From Antedon mediterranea (Eukaryota > Animalia > Echinodermata), in the NCBI RefSeq assembly GCF_964355755.1, contig NC_092678.1, positions 8,014,422 to 8,078,421 on the forward strand: 64,000 bases of DNA. Direction: 5' to 3'. A model generated the notes under the pieces. It saw nothing but the letters and a program-made list of their open reading frames with translations, did no database searches and was not told the DNA's origin. The translations under genes and the position numbers were made by a program. Each line of letters opens with the position of its first letter. Within the stretch, counting starts at the first letter, position 1. This document shows positions 1 to 13,362 of this stretch, piece after piece.

Positions 1-421
1 AACTAGACATTGTGACGTCATCATATGGCCACTCTAATATAAAATATAGGATTTTTGTCTTTTTCGTCATAGCTCATCACATTTAATTCCTTTTTCCATT
101 TCCCTCCGTTTTTATATTGTCTTGTTCAATCATTTATCTTTCGCATGATATCATGATTAAAACGTTTTCTGGAAGCTATTGGATTGTAGATACGAATTCA
201 TGTGAATATTTTGCCAATTAGATGTTGTGACGTCATCATATGGCTAGTTGAGTTCAAAAAGTCATATTTTCATCTCTTGCGTAAAAGTTCATTGCGTTTA
301 AACGAGAGCGCATCTCACTTTTATAATTATCTTCTAAAATTGTTATCTTTATATGTCAATTTGATGACGTCAATGTGTTAATAATTGGATTTAAAAGATG
401 GGTCTCGTAATTTCGTCTATG
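1..421. mobile_element. Probable right end of a non-autonomous DNA transposon (P-like CATAG terminus)
   Basis: Ends ...ggtctcgtaatttcgtctatg (reverse complement CATAGACGAAATTACGAGACC). The motif tgtgacgtcatcatatggc occurs twice (~12 and ~227). The other end lies outside the window. Confidence 0.3.
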
Positions 422-602
422 CTACACTGTATATAACATATAGGCCTACAGTTTTTTCTGTAAATACTGTAATATGCTGTATGCTACATAATAGGTACAA
501 TTCAGCACTGTAAACATATTTATTTCATGTCATAGGATGGCATAATAATTGTCGAGGTTCATATGGTTAAGTATGTGCATGTTGCGTTTGCGCGGATAAC
601 CC

Positions 603-633
603 GAACTCGTCAAAGTGATGAGTTCAAATCTAG
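603..633 (+). mobile_element. Helitron/Helentron-like terminus (hairpin plus CTAG)
   Basis: Stem-loop gaactcgtca-aag-tgatgagttc (603-625), then aaat, CTAG (630-633) and T. Confidence 0.35.
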
Positions 634-3600
634 TTATATATTTATATTTTAATAATTTTTATTCTCACAAGACAAAATTAATACATAAGCAAAGTAGAAA
701 AAATGAAGTTCTTTCATGTTGGATGAACTAAAAACTAGTGATTCATAAAGATATTTTTTATAAGGTCACAAATTGTGAAATTATAGAATAATATTAATCC
801 ATTATCATTGTTTAACCAACAATATAAAATAATTTATAATTTAATTTCTAAATTAAAACCAAATTGATAAAAGTTTGCAAACATAAGCAATACACTTACA
901 GTGTTTCCAATGCTGTCAAACCATCAAATGCATTTTCTGATAATGTACTTATTTGGTTATAGCTTAAATCCCTTAAAAGTAAAAAGAATGCACAGTATAA
1001 GTAAATCACAATATCAAAGCTGTTTTAAAATTATTACATTACTTTATGTGGTAAACATATTTTAAATTATTATTTCTAATTCTGCACCAAATGTTATACA
1101 GATTCACTTTCAATTGTTATATTTTACAACAATAAATAATTCAATCATAGTAGATACATTTAAAAAAAATGTTGACTTTAAAGTTCTTTTTACTGTAAAT
1201 AATTAAATTATGGAATCATAATGTACATGTTAGTCCATTATTACAATTGAACCTACAATGCATGTACTCTATTGCATAAACATTTTAATGTCAAAATATA
1301 AAATAATTATATAGTTATATTTTAATAATTTTTATTCTCACAAGACAAAATTAATACATAAGCAAAGCAGAAAAAATGAAGTTCTTTCATGTTGGATGAA
1401 CTAAAAACTAGTGATTCATAAAGATATTTTTTATAAGATCACAAATTGTGAAATTATAGAATAATTTTAATCCATTATCATTGTTTAACCAACAATGTAA
1501 AATAATTTGTAATTTAATTTCTAAATTTAAACCAAATGGGTAAAAGTAAGCAAACATAAGAAATACACTTACAGTGTTGTCAATGCTGTCAAACCAGCAA
1601 ATGCATTGGCTGGTAATGTACTTATTTGGTTATTGCTCAAATACCTTAAAAGTAACAAGAATGCACAGTATAAGTATAATCACAATATCCAAGCTGTTTT
1701 TAAATTATTTTAGTTTTTCTGTCACCTCAAATGTTGAAATGTCTACATTCCTGTACATTATACAGTAGTTATACTGCATGTACTCTATTGTATGTACTTT
1801 AGTGATGTCAAAATATACTATGTTAAAATAAAAATGTATATTTTAATGTATATTTTATTAAAAAAGAATGTCTACAACAAATTAAAATTGTTTGTTACCA
1901 ACCAACCAACCAACCATATAATAAATGTATTATCTAATATGTAATACAGATTCAGTTTCAATTGTTATATGTTACAAAAATATATACTTCAATCATGGTG
2001 GATAAATTACAAATAAAAATAATGTTGATTTTAAAATTCTTTTTACTGTAAATAATCATGAAATCATAAGGTACATGTTATTAGTCCATTATTACAATTG
2101 ATCCTACAATACATGCACTGTATTGTATCAATATTTTAATGTCAAAATATAAAATATATATTTATATTTCAATAATTTTTATTCTCATAAAACAAAATCA
2201 CTACATAACCAAATAGTAATTATTTAGTATAACAATCATTATAATGATATTTATATTGTCAAATTTTACATTTAAGATTAATTCAGAATTATTATGTATT
2301 ACACATAGCAACTATATAATAATGTATTATCTAATACAAAAAAAAATAAATAGTTCAATCATGGTGGATACATTTTAAAAATGTTGATTTTAAAATTGGT
2401 TTTACTGTAAATAATTATGAAATCATAAAGTACATATTATTAGTCCATTATTACAATTGATCCTACAATACATGCACTGTATTATATCAATATTTAATGT
2501 CAAAATATATATTTATATTTTATTAATTTTTATTATCATAAAGCAAAAATCACTAAATAAACAAATACTAATTATTTAGTAACATTTGTTATAATAATAT
2601 TTATATTGTGACAGTTACAATAAAAATGTATTTTGAATTATTATAATATTATTCAAAAAAATAAAATTTGTTAATGTTGGATGAGCAAAAAACTATTGAT
2701 TTTTAAAGTTTTTTTATAAGATCACAAATTGTGAAATTATATAATAATATTAATCCATTATCATTTCTTAACCAACAATGTAAAATAATTTGTAATTTAA
2801 TTTCTAAATTAAAACCAAATTGGTAAAAGTAAACAAACAGAAGCAATACACTTACAGTCTTTCCAATGCTGTCAAACCAACAAATGCATTGGCTGGTAAT
2901 GTACTTATTTGGTTAGTGTACAAATTCCTTAAAAGTAAAAAGAATGCACAGTATAAGTAAATCACAATATCAAAGCTGTTTTAAAATTATTTTAGTTTTT
3001 CTGTCACCTCAAATGTTGAAATGTCTACATTCCTGTACATTATACAGTAGTTATACTGCATGTACTCTATTGTATGTACTTTAGTGATGTCAAAATATAC
3101 TATGTTAAAATAAAAATGTATATTTTATTAAAATAAAATATCTACAACAAATTAAAATTGTTTGGTAGCAACCATATAATAAATGTGTTATCTATATGTA
3201 ATTCAGATTCAGTTTCAATTGTTAGATCTTACAAAAATAAATAGTTTAATCATGGTGGATACATTTTAAAAATTTTGATTCTAAAATTTGTTTTACTGTA
3301 AATAATCATGAAATCATAAAGTATATATTATTAGTCCGTTATTACAATTGATCCTACAATGCATGCACTGTATTGTATCAATATGTTAAAGTCAAAATAT
3401 ATATTTATATTTTATTTCTAAATGGTAAATATAATTATTTAAAAAAAATTATTTTTGCAAATCAATTATTTGTAGCAACCACATAATAAATGTATAATCA
3501 AATATGTTAAACAGGTTCAATTTAAATTGTTACAAAAATAAATAGTTCAATCATGGTGGATAAATTTAAGAATTGTTGTTTTAAAATTATTTTTACTATA

Positions 3601-4680
3601 AATAATCATGAAATCATAAAGTACACATTAGTCCATTATTACAATTGAACCTACAATGCATGCATTGTATTGTGTCAACATTTAATTGATGCCAAAATAA
3701 AAATTATTAAAAGTAAATATTCATCTCAAAACGTATGAATGTATAGTTCTACGTGATATTGTTCACTATAGGTTTAATTAAGGTACTCTGCACCTTATAT
3801 CTTAATTTGGGTTTTATTTAGCGTGATCCCTTTGTTCTTATAATTATGTGATGCCACTGCCCTTTTTTAACACTCAAACAAATAAAGACTTGGTTATACT
3901 TATCGGTGTGATAAATGTTTATTTATTGAAGTCCGTGACATTTGTTGAATTTGAATAAAATTATCAATTTTTATTCTCACAAGAAAAAATTACTACATAA
4001 TACTAGTTATTCAGTAACAATGATTATGATATTTATATTGTGAAATTATACAATAAAGGATTTTGAATTATTATATCTTCCAAAAAAAAAATTTCACTCA
4101 TGAACAAGAATGTGAATTGTTTTTAGAGTTATTTTTATAAGTATAAATAATTATAATAACATTACATAATATGAATCCACTATTATCAATGTAAAATAAT
4201 GTGCAATTGTATTCATAAATTAAAAACAAACTGGTTAAAATAATCAAACATGTAAAGTTGCCCTTGTTCCACACACAATAGAATCACAAAAAAACTGGTC
4301 AAAAGGAGACTTTTCGATGATAAAAATATAAAAATCACAAATACAAACAATATAGTTTAAACTAGCAAATGTGAAAAACTAAAAAAATAGAAATAATTCA
4401 GAGCATTCCACTCTCATTTAGGATGTACACGTCACATTACTTATTTTAACTACCTTTTGTATACTGTATATTCCAAGATTATTGACCTATTCGGAGCATG
4501 CACAGTATAAGTAAAATACAATATCCAAGCTGTATTTAAATAATTTTAGTTTTTCTGTCACCTCAAATTTTGAAATGTCTACATTCCTGTACATTATACA
4601 GTAGTTATACTGCATGTACTCTAGTGTATGTACTTTAGTTATGTCAAAATATACTATGTTAAAATAATTAATGTTATTTA
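631..4680. repeat. AT-rich degenerate modular tandem repeat region
   Basis: Three modules recur in shuffled order: tttattctcacaagacaaaattaatac (~658, ~1333), gtcacctcaaatgttgaaatgtctacattcc (~1721, ~3003, ~4557) and tcaatcatggtggata...cctacaat (~1141, 1989, 2355, 3247, 3547). Confidence 0.8.
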
Positions 4681-5738
4681 TAGTCTACTATCAAATTACG
4701 TAAAATGTCGTATACGGAAATTGACCAGATTACTGATGAAACGACCTAAATATACTGTAGACCGCCACAAGACCAGTAGTTCCACATTAACAAATTCCAC
4801 CCACTCCCCCTCTGTTCAATATTATCATGATTCTGCTTTATAAATAGCATGGACCTATATTATCTAAGAAATATAAATTGTAGATTTTGCTCACTGTATG
4901 ACATTAATTTAGTAAAAGTTACTTACAATCTTGTTATTGGATCATACACATTGTAATTAACAAGCTCCGTATGTATATTTGCATTCCATTGAGTACATCT
5001 AGTGTTATTATAACAACTTGCTGAGTAACACGTCCGGACATTACATGTGCAATGTCTTGGGCATCCGACTATAATGATTTTGTTAAAGAAAAACAAAAGC
5101 AGTAAATAATATAATTCAGTAGGCTAATTCATGTAAAACAACAACATTATCAAGTACTTTATTTCTATCTTACATAGTAGAGATAATGATGAATACTGGT
5201 GGTGTTATAACAATGAGTATTTTAAAGAGGAACATAAATTCTTATAATTCGATACAGGTGAAATAAAAATATATTATATGTAAACTTCAATATTACACTG
5301 TTTAATTTAATGGTATTGTTTATTTCGTCGTGTTAAACAATGGAATATTTAATATATAAGGAAAATAAGCGACGCCAAATGTAGCTTTAACTTTTTTTTC
5401 TCTCTAAATGGGTAAAACTATTGAAAATAGAACTTATTTTTATATAATTAATCCAGTGTATTGTATTATCGTCTGTTAGTACAGACGTTTGTATTTAGTG
5501 TGTCAAATTGTCCTTACTTTGACAAATAACACTAGCATCCTCATCGTGTCCACAATCGTGTACCCTCATTCCATTACATTTTAAACAATTACAATACAAG
5601 TTTAAAACATTTCTTTATTTACATGCTTACTGCTATTAATCTTAGTTGAGTGTTAGTAGCAATTGCAATATTGGCGGCGACCAAAACATGCCGAATCTAC
5701 TCAAAAAGTTACAATCCCCAAAACTAGTACTTTGGAAC

Positions 5739-5966
5739 ACACCCTCTTACAAGTTTGGAGCGAAGGGAGGGGAAGCACTGCACTCTCTAGTGACTACACC
5801 CTCTTACACGTTTGGAGCGATAGGAGGGGAAGCACTGCACTCTATAGTGACTACACCCTCTTACACGTTTGGAGCGATGGGAGGGGAAGCACTGCACTCT
5901 GTAGTGACTGCACCCTCTTACACGTTTGGAGCGATGGGAGGAGAGGCACTGAACTCCGTAGTGACA
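5739..5966. repeat. 57-bp minisatellite, 4 copies
   Basis: Unit acaccctcttacacgtttggagcgatgggaggggaagcactgcactctgtagtgact starts at 5739, 5796, 5853 and 5910. The paralog has a single shorter unit at ~59330. Confidence 0.95.
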
Positions 5967-8089
5967 AGATCCTGGTCGAGTATTCGAGGAAACCAGAACA
6001 TTTGAATATAAATGAACATTTTGCAATAATACAGATGGTAAATTTAAGTAGATGTTTTACTGTGATATGATTTATTAAGGTAAAAATTTGTAATTTAATC
6101 TGATACTAAAAAAAATGTTAATTGTATTACTTTAACGAAAACAGGGTGTTGTGTTTGCTTACACCTGAATAATATGTAAATTAGCTTCATATAATAGTAA
6201 TTGTCTCCGTTTTTCTTGTAACCATATAATAGACCTACACAGTAGACACAGTACTGTCTGTCTGCGACGGTTTGCGACGACCGACGACGAAAATGATGTC
6301 ATTTTATTCATAGTAGGCATGCGGGGAAATTGGGAGAACATGAAATCGAATGTGACAAGCGTCAGTCGATTTTCAACTCCAAACGCGTTGAATGCGGAAC
6401 TTTCGGAGCCTCTGCGCATATAAATTTACTTCAGTTAATTGTTACTAACATTCGAACCAATGTTTGTTTAATTTACTAAAACAAAATATTTTAGGTAATC
6501 AACAATTTGTATGTGAAATTAAAATTGAAGCTTTATCTTTAAAAGTTTCCTGATAAAACAAATCTTATCGTCTTAAATGTGAAGTCCGTTCCGATACTAT
6601 TATATACCTTTAAATTATTAAGAAGATGGACCGAGGAAAATTATCTACATTATGGAAATGTGGAAACATAGAGGACATATCTAACTTTATATTCAGTTGA
6701 GATGCATTGCAATGTATAAGAGAAGAACAAATAAAAAAACAAGATTTAATTTAGAATAATGAGTTAGATGTATAGGAAATATTCTGCACCAGTAACAATA
6801 ATGATAAAATGTTATATATTCTGGGAACTACAATAATACTTTAAGGTGTTTTGACAAATTTATAAAATGATTTAAAACTGTACAGCTCGCAGACAGCTTA
6901 TAAATGCAATATATAGGCCTAGTGTATGTTATCTTTGCAGTTGTTGCTCCCCAACATGAGCAACTTTTTCAAGTTTAGCGCGAATCGTTTCGGTTTGACG
7001 CTTGGCGCGCGTGTAAAGTGCTCAGTGTGAACCGGCCTTAAGTGTGTGGATGCATCGAAAGGTGAACAAATTAGTGCAAAATATTAGTTTATGAACAAAT
7101 AGGAAAAACTCTTGCAATTCAAATTTCACTATTTTTTCTTTAAAAGATAAACTATTGACAACATTAGCTAGAGAATTTGATTACAGTATAATTAAGATAA
7201 AGCTAAAATGCATATTCGAATAATGAAAGTTCATAAAATTGATGTTGATAAAAATATAAAATGTATATTTAAATGAACTTACACCACACAATTCAACATA
7301 TTTCTAAAATGTATAGTTCGAAAAATTATTCATTTCAATAAAACTAGAATAATAAATGTTGTAAAATAGGAATGGTTAGACCTAGCCACAAATTCTGAAA
7401 AGATCCATGATTAATATAATGCCCTACAATATTATAATATCTATTAAAAATGATAAATATTAAGAGATAAGTAATCATACCGGAATTTGAACCAACATCA
7501 GCACAACTAGAAATCGATAACTCCACCAATATTATTACCACTTTAAAGACAAACATCTTGTTACGCAATTCAGTACCGTGGTGTGCGTAGTAAACTTTAT
7601 CTCCCAAAGTCATTTCAACGTTTGACATAATATTGTTTCTTTTAGTATTGTTGCAAAAGAGTTTTAAATAATTAAGATAAATCAGTTCACCAGCTGTATT
7701 ACTTTGCTTAGTGGGGTTGATATTAATATTTAATTGTTTTTGTTAAGTAATTACATATATAGATTGAAGATAACCAGTAATTATTGTGAATTTACTATTT
7801 GTACTATTGATTATTTTCTAAGAAAGTGTATAGAAAGGTTTTTTAGAACAAAGGATAAATGCAATTATAGGTAACGTAATTGTTTAAGAATGTTTGCAAG
7901 AATTGAACATTCTAAATGAGAAAATGAATATAATTGGAATATAACAGGAGTATTAGTTAGACACTGGTAGTGTACAAACTCTTGTTTACTTATGTATTTT
8001 ATGCATATAAAGCATAATATATATATATGTATAGGAAGAGAGGCACACACCAAACCAAAGAGAGAAAAAAAATGATTTGCAACAACTTA

Positions 8090-9160
8090 TAGAGCAATAA
8101 TACACACATTTGTCGAAAAATAAAAGGGTCGAAATTTTGCCATTTTCTGAAAAAATCCCCAAAATATCGACTTTTTAAAATTCAATAATTATGCGATAAT
8201 ATCTCTATAATATATACGCATATATTGCTTTGCAACAACTTATAGAGCCATAATACACACTTTTGTCGAAAAATAAAAGGGTCGAAATTTTACCATTTTC
8301 TGAAAAAATCCCTGTACTATACTGTAGTACAGGGATTTTTTCGAAAAATGCCCAAAATATCGACTTTTTAAAATTCAATAATTATGCGATAATATCTCTA
8401 TAATATATACGCATATATTGCTTTATAACAACTTATAGAGCCATAATACACAGTAGTTGTTTTGTCAAAAAATAAAAGGGTCAACATTTTGCCATTTTCT
8501 GAAAAAATCCCTGTACTATAGTACAGGGATTTTTTTCAAAAAAGGCAAAAATATCGACTATTTAAAATTCTATTATTATGCCATACTATTGCCATATATG
8601 CACATAATATGCATTATCATCATCTTATAGAGTCATAGTAACTAGTTATGTCAACAAATAAAAGGGTCTAAATTTGGTAATTTTTCGAAAACAGGGATTT
8701 TTTCAAAAATGGCCAAAATATCGATTATTTAAAATTAAATTATTATGCAATAATATTGCCATATATGCACATATTATATTGCTTTATCATCATCTTTATA
8801 GAGTCATACTAACTGTAGGTATGCAATAATATTACTATATATGCGCATATGTTGCGTTATCATCATCTTAGAGTCATAGTAACCAAAAAAATCACCCCAA
8901 AACATGGCGTTTTTTTAATTTCATTTAATATGCTCTAATATATGCATGTATATTTCCATACTTTCTAGACTTTTTCTCAAAACAGAAAGGTCGAAATCGT
9001 ATACGATTCTGCGCATGTCACTGCAATGTCAAAATGGGTCGACATTTATTGCATGTCAATTTTTCGAAAATGTTTATGGAATTTTTTATATATAACAATA
9101 TTATGGCATAATTTAATTTTTTAATTTCATTTTTTTTTGTTGACATAATTGCTTATATGA
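8090..9160. repeat. Degenerate tandem subrepeats with palindromes, probably a non-autonomous DNA element
   Basis: Repeated aaaataaaagggtcgaaatttt and cttatagagtcatagtaac motifs. The palindrome aaaaatccctgtacta-tagtacagggattttt occurs at ~8305 and ~8504, with the paralogous block at ~61450-62400. Confidence 0.7.
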
Positions 9161-9775
9161 CTCCATAAGACAATGATACCTTAATATTATGTGCATATAG
9201 TACTATTATATTATCGTTTTTTCCTTCCAAAGAGGCCTACCTAAAATGTTTAATTGCCAAATTTCGGCAAACAAAATGTAATATTCATTAAAAAAATTAG
9301 ACAATAACAATATGAGGCCTATACAGTTGAACATTCCGTAAGCGACCGCCCTCGGGACCGGAAAAACTGGCCGCGTACGGCAGGTGACCACTTACGGGAT
9401 ATCCGATTATAACTCCGATATAACTTTGCTAGGTCTCAAGGCGATATCTGATATAATGACAAGTCAATCTGTAAGATTGTATTTAACTCTGATTGAGAAA
9501 AGAGTGAGTGAATTATACAGTTTTCGCAATACATATTGCGCACTTTAATGTAAATTATGCTAAACATACTGTCAAGGCTCTGTTTACACACGGTCACCAA
9601 TCACAGGCATAAATCAAATCCCCTGTTCACACGCATAAAATTACTGACGTCATTTTACCGGTAACCCTGATTTGCAATACATACTAGGGCTGATCAAAAT
9701 CGGTTTCCAATAATAACAACCAGATTCTGATTAGTCGACTATTGGTTCACACTAGAGGCACACAGCAAGCGAGTT

Positions 9776-12700
9776 TTTTTTTTTTTTTTCTCTTTTGTGG
9801 CGCAAACACCACTTTTATTCACATTCATATTATCTCATATTACATAAAATCGTATTATTTAACTTGTAAATGTCGTTACAGTTCATAAGTAACATTTTTA
9901 CATATATGAATTCTGTATTACTCCTTTTTTCATTAATTTTCTTATATTTTGTTATACACTTGACAGGATCATCATTATCATCTATCCCGTTTTAAAATAG
10001 TTCACACATTTTCATTTGTTTGTTTTCATTTTACAACCCGGATTATACAATATATTTATATACATGATAAAAAAAAACAATAATAGCTCAGTACCACCAG
10101 TAACCCGTATCACTGTAATTCCTTTTCGGTTAATCGTATCAAGTTAGAATTTATATTATCATAATCTTATTTCTTAAAGCTACCCATTTTTCTATACTTG
10201 TTTCTTTATTGTTATATGTTTCACATTCAATGTTATATAACATATTGCTTTTAAATGAATTCCATAAAGATTTACCCACTGGCTTATTTAGTGCAGATAA
10301 CATTTTTATTCTATAAATAGTAAATGCTGCAAAAGTGTAAATATAATCTATTAGCTTATCTCCCGTTCCTAGTATTAATTGTTTAAATGATATATTATTG
10401 TGATTTAAACTTACAAAGATACTAAGCATTTTCCTCCAATATTTCTGAATAAATCTACAACTAAAAAACAAATGATTTTCATTTTCAATTTCTCCACATT
10501 TGTCACACGTTTGTGTTTCCTTAATTTTCCACTGATACAGCCGTTTGTTGGTAGGCAGTATTCTATGTAACATCTTATAATTGAATTGTGCTAGTTTCTT
10601 ATCTTTCATTTTACATACTTTCCGTAACCAAGAAGTTTTCCAATCAATGTTGTTATCATTGAAGTACTCTTCCCATTTTAGTTGTGACATTGGAATAATG
10701 AAATATTCTTTCACAAACCATGAGTATATTAGTTTGGTAGTATTAATCTCATACTTAGTCCCAACTACTTCATCATTATCATCACAATTGAAAATATCTA
10801 CCTCCTTAATAATACGTTTCCATTGAATTGGTATTGCCTTAATAATGCACAAATACTCATTTAACCAGTTTGTTTTACATTGTAGTTTCACCAGTATTTC
10901 GTTCGATGTTAAAAAAGTGTTCTTATTAACAATGTCTTTAATACTGATAATGCCACTGTCAATCCAATGCTTGTAGAAAAGCGTTTTTTTTTTAAGTTTA
11001 ACGTAGTGGTTTCCCCACAGTTGCTCATTCATTATATCGTTATAAGTTTCAGGTTTTTTTTTAGAGATTCTGTTATAATTTATGTAGGCTTTTATCATAT
11101 TTTTGTAAAACAGTGGAATTTTATCAGAATTAACATCAATAATGTTATAACATGACATATTAAGTAAAACATTAACATCACATATTTTTTTAATATAATA
11201 CATTGGAATATTTTTCCATTTAGCACCATCATCATTCATAATTCTTTTTAACCAGCCACACATGAGTGCGTTAACATGAAGAGTAAAATCAGGCATTTTA
11301 ATGCCTCCCATCTCAACATCACCAATTAGAGTTTTTCTTTTTATCTTTTCCCTTTTATTGTTCCAAATAAAATTATATATTAGATTTGTAACTTGTGTAT
11401 ATACATATTTTGGAACATCAGTGATATTTGCAGCATATGTTAATTTAGATAGTGCAAGTCTTTTCAGGATTATTATTCTACCAAAAATTGAGAGATTTCT
11501 AGCATTCCATTGTTTTAAAGTCTTTTCTAGCTCTATTAATTTAACATTCCAGTTTTTTCTGGTACATTCTTCTGTATTATACCCTACATATATGCCTAAA
11601 ATTTTGATCGGGTGTTTTACCCAATTTAATTCTAAAGGTCTATCTATTCTGTTCTTCCACTTACCAATCCAAAAAGCATTGGTTTTTTTTTTATTTAGTG
11701 TCATTCCAGATACTTCACCAAAACGTTCAATTACACTGACTGCTGACTTAATACTTTTGTCATTACCAACATACAAAACAGTATCATCGGCTAATTGGCT
11801 TATTCTAGCTTCTATGTTATTTTCATTATTTGGAAGTTTAATACCCTTATAGTCATCTTTGTTTCTTATTCTAGATGCCATTACTTCAACCACTAAAATG
11901 AATAACAGAGCAGATAGAGGACAACCTTGTCTAATACCTCTTTCCATTTTAAAATTGTTTGAAACCCAACCATTGTTGACTGTGACACATTCAACGTTAT
12001 TGTATAATACTTTTACCCAGTTACAAAAGAACATTCCAAAGTTAAACTTTTCTAGAACATTGAACATAAAATCTCTACTAATAGAGTCAAAAGCCTTCTT
12101 AAAATCTACGGTAATTATTGCCCCTTCGATATCATTACACTCTGTATAATAAAGCAGGTCTTCTATTAACCGAATGTTTTCACCAGCGAAACGGCCTTTT
12201 ATATAACCTTTTTGGTCTGAACTTACTATTGATTTAATAACCATTTTAAGTCTGTTACTTAATACATGTGCAAGAATTTTGTAATCGGTGTTTAAGAGGG
12301 TAATGGGACGCCAATTATTCAAATTTTCTCTTTCTCCATCCTTGAACAAAAGGGTGATTACACCTCGTTTTTGCGAAAAGGATAATTCTTGAGAATTATA
12401 ACTTTCATTTAACGCATCGCAAATTAAATGTTTAATATTATTCCAAAAGAACACATAAAATTCAACACTTAGACCATCCGATCCTGGTGTTTTATTTTTT
12501 TCCATCATTGAAATGGCCTTTTTACATTCATCAATAGTGACGTAACCTTCACAATTTTCTTTTTCTATTTCTGAAAGCTTGTTTATAATAGAATTACAAA
12601 GGTATTTATTAATTTTTCCAGGGTTTATAACATTTTTTGCGTATAAACCTTCGAAATGTTGTATTTGTTCCTTTAAAATATCAATTGGGCTCGTTGCTAA

Positions 12701-12973
12701 GCTCCCATCTTTAGTAATTAAACTTTTTATGTGTTTCTTTTTACTTTTGGATCTTTCTAACCCAAGAAAGTATTTTGTATTCCGCTCGCCTTCCTCTATC
12801 CATTTTACTCTGGACCTAATTTGCGCGCCTTTTGCTTCTACATTATAAATGTTTTCAAGCTCTATTTTTTTGTTTTAAATTTTATTTTCAATGGTTATAT
12901 CACAATTTTGAGTATTCATAATTGTTTCATTTAAGTTTTTTATTTGTTTTTGTAATTTTTCTTTCTTTTTATT
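9776..12973 (-). mobile_element. 5'-truncated L1/Tx1-clade non-LTR retrotransposon
   Basis: Poly(A) tail (T run 9774-9789). 13-bp TSD cagcaagcgagtt at 9763-9775 and 12974-12986. Empty site in the paralog at ~63114-63126. Contains an RT ORF. Confidence 0.95.
10151..12508 (-). CDS. L1/Tx1 ORF2 C-terminal part: reverse transcriptase plus zinc-finger domain, endonuclease lost
   Basis: Motifs KTPGSDG, NWRPITLLNTDYKI, DFKKAFDS, GIRQGCPLS, QLADD and CDKCGEIENENHLFFSC. The frame continues upstream to ~12860 (GAQIRSRVKWIEEGERNTKYF). Confidence 0.9.
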   Translation of the reverse strand: MMEKNKTPGSDGLSVEFYVFFWNNIKHLICDALNESYNSQELSFSQKRGVITLLFKDGERENLNNWRPITLLNTDYKILAHVLSNRLKMVIKSIVSSDQKGYIKGRFAGENIRLIEDLLYYTECNDIEGAIITVDFKKAFDSISRDFMFNVLEKFNFGMFFCNWVKVLYNNVECVTVNNGWVSNNFKMERGIRQGCPLSALLFILVVEVMASRIRNKDDYKGIKLPNNENNIEARISQLADDTVLYVGNDKSIKSAVSVIERFGEVSGMTLNKKKTNAFWIGKWKNRIDRPLELNWVKHPIKILGIYVGYNTEECTRKNWNVKLIELEKTLKQWNARNLSIFGRIIILKRLALSKLTYAANITDVPKYVYTQVTNLIYNFIWNNKREKIKRKTLIGDVEMGGIKMPDFTLHVNALMCGWLKRIMNDDGAKWKNIPMYYIKKICDVNVLLNMSCYNIIDVNSDKIPLFYKNMIKAYINYNRISKKKPETYNDIMNEQLWGNHYVKLKKKTLFYKHWIDSGIISIKDIVNKNTFLTSNEILVKLQCKTNWLNEYLCIIKAIPIQWKRIIKEVDIFNCDDNDEVVGTKYEINTTKLIYSWFVKEYFIIPMSQLKWEEYFNDNNIDWKTSWLRKVCKMKDKKLAQFNYKMLHRILPTNKRLYQWKIKETQTCDKCGEIENENHLFFSCRFIQKYWRKMLSIFVSLNHNNISFKQLILGTGDKLIDYIYTFAAFTIYRIKMLSALNKPVGKSLWNSFKSNMLYNIECETYNNKETSIEKWVALRNKIMII

Positions 12974-13138
12974 CAGCAAGCGAGTTAACCAATCGACAGT
13001 TCGAATAATCCATCGCTTGTGATTGGTCAAATCACTTATGTTGCGTTACGTCCTTGTGTTGCGTCTCGAGTGGAACCAAGCATGAAAATTGAGATCGCCC
13101 TATAAGATCGATAATTTCTTACACAGACTGACACGATT

Positions 13139-13331
13139 CGGTACCCTGAATCTAAAAGTCTTCATTACTGTTTTTGTCCTGTTTCCGGTTCCCGTGTTGT
13201 CCTGTTTTTTTTTCATTTTCTATGGGCTGCCTTATACAAGCTTTGCTTTTTAGGAATGTTGCCCCTCTTATTTTAATAATGTTTACTGTTAATTTTTATT
13301 TTCTATGAAAGACAAGAGAAATAAATGTTAC

Positions 13332-13362
<31 letters not shown>
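13139..13362 (+). mobile_element. Short 3' end of an L2/Crack-like LINE (or LINE-tailed SINE) with (TTGA)n tail
   Basis: Absent from the paralog (gacacgatt|ggttagctccc at ~63261-63280). Contains acaagctttgctttttagga, which resembles the 3' UTR of the LINE at 35809-40291, then aataaa and (ttga)n. Confidence 0.8.

Noticed and set aside
4730-4760. ctgatgaa as a second hammerhead core
   Set aside because: No stem II followed by GAAA and no flanking stem I.
5646-6070. Overlapping ORFs with 19-aa repeats
   Set aside because: They arise from the 57-bp minisatellite, and the paralog has indels and only one unit.
7344-7628. 94-aa ORF also present at 60215-60397
   Set aside because: Recurrence is explained by the segmental duplication. 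The frames diverge after MIT and I recognise no domain.
10581-12848. Plus-strand ORFs opposite the L1 ORF2, and similar antisense ORFs over the other retroelements
   Set aside because: Shadow ORFs of real coding frames with no motifs of their own.
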